This document shows positions 1 to 6,490 of a stretch of DNA of 10,766 bases, piece after piece. A program made the position numbers and the translations under genes. The notes beneath the pieces were generated by a model that worked only from the letters and a program-made list of their open reading frames with translations, was not told the origin of the DNA and searched no databases. The stretch spans positions 1 to 10,766 of the forward strand of contig JAZBOO010000115.1 of assembly GCA_036351155.1 (NCBI GenBank), written 5' to 3'. Origin of the DNA: Candidatus Krumholzibacteriia bacterium (GTDB lineage: Bacteria; Krumholzibacteriota; Krumholzibacteriia; LZORAL124-64-63). Within the stretch, counting starts at the first letter, position 1, and each line of letters opens with the position of its first letter.

Positions 1-436
1 TGAGACAGCCCTGCTGGTGCCCACACTGGCGGGGGAGCCCTCGGGCCATGCTGATATGTTCCTGACTTTCCTGGCACCTGATCTGGTGGTGGTGGGAAGC
101 ATGGATCAGGCGGCTGATGAGGAAAATGCGGCACTGCTCGACAAGATTGCGGAGGATCTGGAGGCCATGCCCACCCTGGCTGGACCGTTACGTGTGGAGC
201 GGATTGGCCAGCCCGATCACGACGACGGGGTGTGGCGCACGTATACCAGCGTGGTGTTTGCCAACGGAGTGGTGCTGGTGCCCGTGTATCCGGACTACTG
301 TCCCGACCTCGATGCTCGGGCCCTGGACTTCTATCGAAAGCACCTGTCCGAAAGGGAGATTGTCCCGATTGACTGTTCCCGACTGGTGAGAAATGGGACT
401 ACGCTGCGCAGCATCACGCTGACCGTACCGCGCTGA
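1..436 (+). CDS. Agmatine deiminase / Porphyromonas-type peptidylarginine deiminase family protein, 3' part only; catalytic Cys position holds Ser
   Basis: The frame is open from base 2 (ETALLVPTLAGEPSGHADMFLTF...), so the GTG at 17 is internal. GHADMF matches the family GHxD motif, TYTSVVFANGVVLVPVY matches the (S/T)YxN...NxxVLVPxY segment, and the C-terminal IVPIDC...NGTTLRSITLTVP aligns to GGxxHCxT. Stop TGA at 434-436. Confidence 0.85.
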   Translation, partial: ETALLVPTLAGEPSGHADMFLTFLAPDLVVVGSMDQAADEENAALLDKIAEDLEAMPTLAGPLRVERIGQPDHDDGVWRTYTSVVFANGVVLVPVYPDYCPDLDARALDFYRKHLSEREIVPIDCSRLVRNGTTLRSITLTVPR

Positions 437-456
437 GATCTCATCCGAGCCCGCTG

Positions 457-1176
457 TCAGAACCCGCCGTGAAAAGCCACCCCGAACTGTTCCAGCCACA
501 CCCACAGCAGACTGACGCCCACGTGGTCCAGGGTGAAATCGAACAGGGCGTGGGAGCGCTCGCCATCGTACATGTAGCGGGCGCCCAGGCCTCGACCCAG
601 ATCCTGCGCCACACCGAAGGGAACGTTGAAGGCCTCGTCCAGCTCTGAATAGTTGAGGCTGAAGTAGGCCGAGGTGCCCAGACGAGGAAGGCTCTTGCTG
701 ACGGTGGCGTAGTAGGCCTGCGCGCCCGCAGGGGAACCGATCCGGTCCGAGCTGGTCCCCAGAAACAGTCCGGGGCGCTGCGCGTTTTCCGTGAACACAA
801 ACCAGGTGACCAGCGGATTGATTTCCCCCACCGTGGCATTGAATTCCACACCCAGCTGGAGGCTGCTCAGAACCCGGTGGTTGGCCGTGTAGCGCCAGCG
901 GGCGCGATCCACCGTGGTGTCGACGTAGCGGGCGGAGAACATCCAGTCGGAATGAAGGCCGCTCCCCCGGAGCGGCGCACCCTCGCCGGGTCAGCCAGAT
1001 CAGGTGGGGGTGGCGGCAAAGCCCGCTTTGGGGCTGATGGAGGGGCTTTCAGGGGCCTGGCGATCGGGCGAAGGGGCCGCCCAGCCGACCACCCACATGC
1101 ACGTAAAGATAAGGCACGCCATCGTTTGGATGGCGAACTTTCGGGCCGGTGTCGATGTTGCTTTAAAAAAGATCAT
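457..1176 (-). CDS. Putative exported selenoprotein with a UxxU motif (U59, U62) and a C-terminal outer-membrane beta-barrel-like domain, 239 aa
   Basis: Manual translation from ATG 1176: MIFFKATSTPARKFAIQTMACLIFTCMWVVGWAAPSPDRQAPESPSISPKAGFAATPT*SG*PGEGAPLRGSGLHSDWMFSARYVDT...GVAFHGGF. Both internal stops are TGA (1002-1000 and 993-991). The N-terminus resembles a Sec-pathway signal peptide, GGGA lies just upstream of the ATG, and an in-frame TAA at 1191-1189 bounds the frame. A hairpin follows the TGAs. The 457..942 part has alternating amphipathic strands and ends in Phe. Coding status of 457..942 is more certain than the Sec extension. Alternative starts at 1122 and 1098. Confidence 0.75.
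950..982 (-). promoter_or_regulatory. Candidate bacterial SECIS element
   Basis: The mRNA reads GGGUG C GCCGCUCC GGG GGAGCGGC CUU CAUUC. This gives a perfect 8-bp upper stem (976-969 with 965-958), a G-only apical loop (968-966) and a possible lower stem GGGUG/CAUUC. The loop starts 22 nt after the second UGA and 31 nt after the first. Confidence 0.68.
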
Positions 1177-1545
1177 AATAGTCCCATTTTAAAGGTCAGG
1201 TCATCAGAAAGCAAGGATATGGTCCTAAAGGGAGGGTCCATACGCCAGAGGTGGCGCGGAATATTGAAAATAGTTCTAGGAAATTCCCGCTCCATGAGTC
1301 AAATTCCTCATACGAACTCCCTCTGGACCATTTCCGTCCCAAGGCTGCCGTGCTCACGGAAAGGCCTTTTAGCGGGCGCGAATGAAAAAAGAACGTGAGT
1401 TCTCAAGATTCCCTCGATCGTCGGGGGAGGGGGCATGGCGAGTGTGACTTGCTCAGCCCAGTCAGAGCACAGGGGATTGACCGGAAAAAGCTGGTGGTCC
1501 TGAGTGCTTGGTTAAGTCGGAACGCCGACATTTGGAGAAAAGACC

Positions 1546-1854
1546 TTGAAGAAGATCTACGTGGGCAACCTGCCCTTCAGCGCGAGTGAAGATGACGTTC
1601 GTAACCTGTTCGGCCAGCACGGCACGGTTCACTCCGTTGCGCTGATCATGGACCGCGAAACCGGTCGTCCCCGGGGCTTCGGCTTCATCGAAGTCGATGA
1701 CAACGACCTTTCCACGATGATCCAGAATCTGGATGGTCAGGAAATGGACGGCCGCGCCCTGCGCGTGAACGAGGCCCAGGACAAGCCCCGTGGTGGCGGC
1801 GGCGGCGGTGGCCGTGGCGGCTACGGCGGCGGTGGCGGCGGCGACCGCTGGTAA
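1546..1854 (+). CDS. RRM (RNP-1) RNA-binding protein with glycine-rich tail (RbpA-like)
   Basis: RNP2 motif IYVGNL, RNP1 motif RGFGFIEV, the typical DRETGRPRG and GRALRVNEA segments, and a GGGGGGGRGGYGGGGGG tail. TTG start with GGAG upstream; stop TAA. Confidence 0.96.
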   Translation: MKKIYVGNLPFSASEDDVRNLFGQHGTVHSVALIMDRETGRPRGFGFIEVDDNDLSTMIQNLDGQEMDGRALRVNEAQDKPRGGGGGGGRGGYGGGGGGDRW

Positions 1855-1899
1855 GCTAGCCTCAGCTTGAACAATCAACCCTCGGGTTGATGGTGAATG

Positions 1900-1936
1900 G
1901 AACCCCGCCCCTCATGGAGTGGCGGGGTTCTTTTTT
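1900..1936 (+). terminator. Rho-independent terminator of the RRM gene
   Basis: GAACCCCGCC (1900-1909) pairs with GGCGGGGTTC (1921-1930), followed directly by TTTTTT (1931-1936). Confidence 0.9.
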
Positions 1937-1965
1937 CTGACAGGAACACCAGGAAGGACCCCACG

Positions 1966-3534
1966 ATGACCCGCGCCCTCCCCATTATTTTGAGCTTCTT
2001 GGTTCTGCTGCCGGGGGCGCTGTTTGCCCAGTCGGTCAATCTCACCCACCCCTCGGCCGAGCCCGACTCGGAATGGGAAATTCAGCCTTATGATCTCCTG
2101 AGTTTTTACGTCAAGGGAACGGGGTACCTTCAGTGCTATGGGGAATTGACGGAGCAGAGTTTTCGGTACCCGGATTTTACCGATGGCGCGGATGAAAAAA
2201 CCATTGAGAACTTTTTTGCCGAGCAGCTGGGGTTTGATCCCGCCGCATTTATCAAGGGCCTGGCTCACTTCCAGAAGAACGGAACAGACTGCTACCTGAA
2301 CCTCGACACCGACAAGGACGGGTACAGCTACAAGCTCTTGAAGTCGGCGCCATGTCCGGAGGTTGTGTCCATGCCGGCCGCCTCTGCCTCTGTGAAGAAG
2401 AAGGGGGTGCCGGACTTCCCTTCGCATGAGTGTATTCCCAGCGTCATCGGGTTCCAGATCATCGATGCCGACTACTACAATTATGAAGAGAAAACCTTCT
2501 ACTACGACCGCAGTGCCAACGTGCACCAGGGACAGTTCTGGAAGGTGGACTTCAGGAGAACCGTCGATGGGCCCCAGAGCTATCGCTACATCGTGGCTCA
2601 TGATTACAAGGCCAAGCTGCTGGCCATGGGCGGGGTGATTCTGGATGACGAGGACAACAATTTTGTTTTCAGGCTGGGTGAGACCGTTGCGAAGTTCAGT
2701 GGCTACAACAGCACCTTCTCCCTGGCCATTCTGCAGGAAGAGGCCTTTCAGCAATCTCTGATCCTGTCCCCGGACAAGATCAAGGAGGAGCTGGACAGGA
2801 GCGGGAAAATCACCCTGGGCGGCATCTATTTCGATTTCAATCAGGCCAGCCTCAAACCGGAATCACGGAAGGCCATTCTGACTGCGGTGGCCTTGATGGA
2901 ACGCTACGGCGATCTGGTCCTGTCCATCCAGGGCCACACCGACAACCAGGGTGAAGAAGACTACAACCTGAAGCTGTCCGGTGCGCGTGCCGCCGCGGTG
3001 GTGGCGGCCATGGTGGCCGAGGGAATCGATGGCCGCCGCCTTCAGTCCAGGGGTTACGGGGAGAGTGAACCTGTCGCCTCCAACGACACCGAGGACGGCC
3101 GGGCCACCAACCGACGCGTGGAACTCCACAAGGTGAGCGGGGGGCAGGAGCAGGCTCTCATCACCATCGATTTCATCAAGCCCCTGGCCGGCGCGGTGGT
3201 GGCCTCACGAAAGAGCCATGCAACGGGAGCTCTGGGGGTGCAGTTCACCAGACCCTATGCCGAGAGCAAGAGTTTCACCAGCTATGAGGGCCACCTCGAT
3301 GTCATTTCCTACGAGATACTGAAAGACGGAAAAGTGGACCGCACTTTTTCCCGGAAGGAAATCATCAGGAACTACGAGAATGTCCTGGAGGTATACAATG
3401 CGAAGTTGCTGGGGAAATACGGCAGCAATCTCTACTTCCAGATTCCGGACCGCGGTGATGGGTTGATTGTTTACGGGGTGGTGGAAGGTTTTGACGGAAG
3501 CTACACCATCCGGTTTCTGGTGGTGGGAAAATAG
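1966..3534 (+). CDS. Secreted OmpA-family (peptidoglycan-binding OmpA_C domain) protein with additional N- and C-terminal domains, 522 aa
   Basis: The start is moved from 1897 to ATG 1966 because AGGAAGGA precedes it, a signal peptide follows (MTRALPIILSFLVLLPGALFA-Q), and the upstream extension overlaps the terminator. The OmpA_C domain lies at about 2803-3132: IYFDFNQASLK, IQGHTDNQG, YNLKLSGARA, GYGESEPVASN, GRATNRRVEL. Confidence 0.9.
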   Translation: MTRALPIILSFLVLLPGALFAQSVNLTHPSAEPDSEWEIQPYDLLSFYVKGTGYLQCYGELTEQSFRYPDFTDGADEKTIENFFAEQLGFDPAAFIKGLAHFQKNGTDCYLNLDTDKDGYSYKLLKSAPCPEVVSMPAASASVKKKGVPDFPSHECIPSVIGFQIIDADYYNYEEKTFYYDRSANVHQGQFWKVDFRRTVDGPQSYRYIVAHDYKAKLLAMGGVILDDEDNNFVFRLGETVAKFSGYNSTFSLAILQEEAFQQSLILSPDKIKEELDRSGKITLGGIYFDFNQASLKPESRKAILTAVALMERYGDLVLSIQGHTDNQGEEDYNLKLSGARAAAVVAAMVAEGIDGRRLQSRGYGESEPVASNDTEDGRATNRRVELHKVSGGQEQALITIDFIKPLAGAVVASRKSHATGALGVQFTRPYAESKSFTSYEGHLDVISYEILKDGKVDRTFSRKEIIRNYENVLEVYNAKLLGKYGSNLYFQIPDRGDGLIVYGVVEGFDGSYTIRFLVVGK

Positions 3535-3617
3535 TCCTGCGTGAGCGGGCTGAATTGACCTTCCAGAACTATATTGATGAGTGTCCCCCCATTTCCTCCG
3601 CAAAGGAGGGTGTTGAC

Positions 3618-5090
3618 ATGCATATTCTGCTGATCGAACCCCGCACCCCGGAAACCTTCTGGAGCCTGCGCCACGCTCTTCGCTTTGTCGGCAAAAGCGC
3701 CGCCAACCCCCCGCTCGGATTACTCACCGTGGCCGGTATGCTCCCACGCCAATGGTCTTGTCGACTGGCCGACCTGAACTGCGGCCCCCTGCGCGACGAT
3801 GATATTCGCTGGGCCGACTGGGTGTTCGTCAGCGGGATGGAAATCCACCGCAGTTCGGTGGCTGGAATTGTAAGGCGATGTCACGCTCTGGATACCATGG
3901 TCATCGGTGGCGGCCCTCTGTTCAACTCGGACCCCGACAACAACCTGGGTGTGGACCACGTGGTGGTGGGCGAGGCCGAGGAACTGGCCGCTGCCCTGGT
4001 GGCCGACCTGGAAGCCGGATGCCCGGCCTCCCTCTACGAAGCCACCCGATTTCCGGACCTTTCCCTCACTCCTGTTCCGCGCTGGGATCTCCTGGATCTG
4101 TCCCGGTACGCCACCATGTCGGTGCAATCGTGCCGGGGGTGTCCCTTCGACTGCGAATTCTGCGACGTGGTGGCGCTCAATGGCCACAAGCCCCGGTACA
4201 AATCCCCTGAACAGTTCGTGGCCGAACTCGAGATCCTCCGGGTCCTGGGCTGGAAGGGGTCTGTCTTCGTGGTGGACGACAATTTCATCGGGGACCGGCG
4301 CCGCTGCCGAGAAATTTTGCAGGCGATCATCGACTGGCGGCGGCAAACCGGGTCCCGGATGGTGTTCATCACCGAGGCTTCGGTGAACTTGGCGGCCCAT
4401 CCCGACCTGCTGGAGCTGATGGTGACCGCCGGCTTCAAGAAGGTGTTCCTGGGCCTGGAAACCCCGAGCGAGGAAAGCCTGCGTGAGTGCCGCAAGTTCC
4501 AGAACTTGAAGGAAGACTCCACCACATCTGTGCGCACCATCCAGGCCGCCGGTCTGGAAGTGATGGGGGGATTCATCGTCGGATTCGACAGCGATGAGCC
4601 GGACATTTTCCAGCGGCAGTTCGACTTCATCCAGAAGGCTGGTGTGGTGACGGCCATGGTGGGCATATTGCAGGCCTTGCCGCGCAGTCGCCTCTATCAG
4701 CGGCTCGTCCAGGAGGGGAGGTTGCTCGGCGGTAGTCTGGGGGACAACACCCTCGGCAAGTTCAATTTCGAAACCCGGCTGGACACAGGGTTCCTGGAAG
4801 AGAACTACCGCAAGCTCATGCAGCGGCTCTATGAACCCGGCAACTACTACCGACGGGTTTTGACCTTCCTGGAGGCCCACCGGAATGTGGGCCCCCATGA
4901 GCGTGTGAGCTGGCGGGATATCGGCGCGGTTTTCAAGACCTTCTGGGTCCTGGGCCTCATGACCAAGGGGCGCCGGGCCTACTGGCGATTCTTGACCACG
5001 GCCCTGGTGCGGCATCCCCGTCAGATCGGGGTGGCCCTGACCATGGTGATCATGGGACACCACTACCGACGGGTGGCCGCGAGCCTCTAG
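3618..5090 (+). CDS. B12-binding domain radical SAM protein with C-terminal DUF4070-like region (HpnP-related family), 490 aa
   Basis: ATG 3618 follows AAGGAGG. N-terminal cobalamin-binding region (TFWS, PPLGLLTVAGMLP, VIGGGP, VVGEAE), CxxxCxxC as CPFDCEFC at 4140-4163, FVVDDNFIG, FITEASVNLA, VFLGLETP and GGFIVGFDSD. The substrate cannot be assigned from sequence. Confidence 0.92.
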   Translation: MHILLIEPRTPETFWSLRHALRFVGKSAANPPLGLLTVAGMLPRQWSCRLADLNCGPLRDDDIRWADWVFVSGMEIHRSSVAGIVRRCHALDTMVIGGGPLFNSDPDNNLGVDHVVVGEAEELAAALVADLEAGCPASLYEATRFPDLSLTPVPRWDLLDLSRYATMSVQSCRGCPFDCEFCDVVALNGHKPRYKSPEQFVAELEILRVLGWKGSVFVVDDNFIGDRRRCREILQAIIDWRRQTGSRMVFITEASVNLAAHPDLLELMVTAGFKKVFLGLETPSEESLRECRKFQNLKEDSTTSVRTIQAAGLEVMGGFIVGFDSDEPDIFQRQFDFIQKAGVVTAMVGILQALPRSRLYQRLVQEGRLLGGSLGDNTLGKFNFETRLDTGFLEENYRKLMQRLYEPGNYYRRVLTFLEAHRNVGPHERVSWRDIGAVFKTFWVLGLMTKGRRAYWRFLTTALVRHPRQIGVALTMVIMGHHYRRVAASL

Positions 5091-5103
5091 GGCGCTCTAG
5101 ATC

Positions 5104-6273
5104 CTAAGGTGCCGTCCTGGCCAGCCGCACCCCGGTGTGGGAAAAGCCCGAAACGGGGTAGTCCCGGTAGCGCCCCGCCACGCGGCAGTTTGCCGCCGCG
5201 CCACCCCAGCCGCCGCCTCGCACGGCGCGCATATCCCCGCTGTCGGGGCCCGTGGGATCGGTCACCGTGCCCAGGTTGTCACAGGTCGTGTAGTAGTCGG
5301 CACCATACCAGTCCCAGCAGAACTCGTAGAGATTTCCGCTCATGTCGTAAAGGCCCAGCTGGTTGGGCGATTTGCCGCCGATGGCCTGGACGCCGTTGGG
5401 GGCATTGTCGCCGAACCAGGCCACATCCTCGACGGTCTCGCTGCCACTGTACCGGAAATCCTGCGCGTGGTCACTGCCGCCCCGCGCGGCGTATTCCCAT
5501 TCGGCCTCGGTGGGCATCCGGTAGCCGTTGGCCGACCAGTTGCATTCCACGGCGTTATAGACGGGGAAGGACGAGTCGCTGCTGTAAACCGGAGGAGCCG
5601 GCCAGTCGGCGGGATCGGTGGACGCGGCGATCATGTAGCACGGCGTCAGCCCTTCATCCAGGCTCCGGAAGTTGCAATACCGGAGGATCTCGAACCAGCT
5701 GGCGTAGTACACCGGGTGGTTGGCCCCGGCCCCGAAGTCGTAAACCGCGGGAGTCATGTACTCGGCCCACTCGGCCTGGGTAAGCTCATATTTTCCGATG
5801 GAGAAGTCCCCCACGGTGACGCTGTGGAGAGGGGTTTCCCCGGCGGGACCCTCATCGTAGGAGTCGCCCATGGTGAAGGTGCCGCCCGTCACCAGGACCA
5901 TCGCTCCGGGCACGACGGGTTCGAACACGGTCACCAGGACCGATTCGCTGGTGGTGTCTTCGCCATCGCTGACATCGCAGGTGATGGTGCACGGGCCGAC
6001 CTCATCGGGAGCCGTCCAGGTGACTGAGGGCCCGGTGCCGGTGATGGTTCCTGCGGTGGCGGACCAGGCATAGGACAGGGCGTCCCCATCGGCGTCGGTG
6101 GCCGCGCAGGTGACCGTGCTGGTGGCGGCGACGGCGACAGAAGCAGGACTCGCCTCCAGGCTGGAAATCACCGGTGCGTCATTGCTGGGCACCGTGGGAT
6201 CATCGTCGTTGCACGAGGCCAGGATCAGGGCGGTCATCAGCAAGGCGGTGGCCAAAAAGATCCGTCTTTTCAT
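5104..6273 (-). CDS. Lipoprotein with an Ig-like domain and an FGE-sulfatase (SUMF1/EgtB/PvdO-like, C-type lectin fold) domain, 389 aa
   Basis: The start is moved from 6336 to ATG 6273 (GAAGGAAG upstream). MKRRIFLATALLMTALILAS-C gives an LASC lipobox at Cys21. Ig-like NDAPVISSL...ATDADGDALSYAWSAT...VTWTAP...VSDG is followed by GGTFTMG, KYELTQAEW, YRMPTEAEWEYAARGG, PNQLGLYDMSGNLYEFCWDWY, RGGGW and GVRLAR. Confidence 0.92.
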   Translation of the reverse strand: MKRRIFLATALLMTALILASCNDDDPTVPSNDAPVISSLEASPASVAVAATSTVTCAATDADGDALSYAWSATAGTITGTGPSVTWTAPDEVGPCTITCDVSDGEDTTSESVLVTVFEPVVPGAMVLVTGGTFTMGDSYDEGPAGETPLHSVTVGDFSIGKYELTQAEWAEYMTPAVYDFGAGANHPVYYASWFEILRYCNFRSLDEGLTPCYMIAASTDPADWPAPPVYSSDSSFPVYNAVECNWSANGYRMPTEAEWEYAARGGSDHAQDFRYSGSETVEDVAWFGDNAPNGVQAIGGKSPNQLGLYDMSGNLYEFCWDWYGADYYTTCDNLGTVTDPTGPDSGDMRAVRGGGWGGAAANCRVAGRYRDYPVSGFSHTGVRLARTAP

Positions 6274-6490
6274 GTCGCTTCCTTCTGTTGAGGTTGGGGC
6301 TTGAATTGTAGGCCTGGCAACGGATAAGGCAAGCATTGAAAAGATGTTTTCTGTCGGGATTGTCCACCGCCCAGCTGGGGTTTATACCTTTGCGGGACTC
6401 CCCAAAAGAATCTCCCGGACTTTCTGATGAAAACGCCCTACACTGGGACCAGATTCACCCCCTGATCGGAAACAGGAGACCCCGGAAACC

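Noticed and set aside
17..187. Peptide PTLAG occurring twice in the deiminase fragment
   Set aside because: Only five residues with differing codons; compatible with chance or the internal pseudo-repeat of the fold.
991..1002. Reading the two TGA codons as Trp or Gly under an alternative genetic code, or as pseudogene nonsense mutations
   Set aside because: TGA ends genes at their expected C-termini elsewhere (436, 8197, 9381, and 459-457 after the terminal Phe), and Trp is encoded by TGG in the intact genes. Two independent nonsense mutations in CxxC spacing just before a hairpin are less parsimonious than Sec, though not formally excluded.
1252..1267. TGGCGCG...TTGA resembling a sigma54 promoter
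   Set aside because: The required GC dinucleotide 10 nt after the GG is absent.
877..1398. Plus-strand ORFs 877..1398 and 1004..1192
   Set aside because: No recognisable motifs, and both are antisense to the extended minus-strand gene, so they are best explained as shadow ORFs.
1792..1842. GGC/GGT trinucleotide run
   Set aside because: It encodes the normal glycine-rich tail of the RRM protein and is not an independent repeat element.
1897..1965. ORF-track N-terminal extensions at 1897, and likewise 3555 and 6336
   Set aside because: Downstream ATGs at 1966, 3618 and 6273 have better RBSs and give proper signal peptides or family N-termini. The 1897 extension also runs through a terminator.
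5085..5106. CTCTAG direct repeat at the convergent radical SAM / lipoprotein junction, as a terminator or insertion scar
   Set aside because: Too short, with no stable stem, no U-tract and no mobile element nearby.
5107..5235. Active diversity-generating retroelement in this window
   Set aside because: No template repeat or reverse transcriptase is present, and several codons at would-be variable positions (GCG, GGG, CGG) do not fit AAY-derived NNY codons.
6360..6388. Possible promoter TTGTCC-17-TATACC with palindrome CCCAGCTGGG upstream of the antiporter
   Set aside because: The -10 element lacks the conserved final T, and a 10-bp GC-rich palindrome is expected by chance here. Too weak to call.
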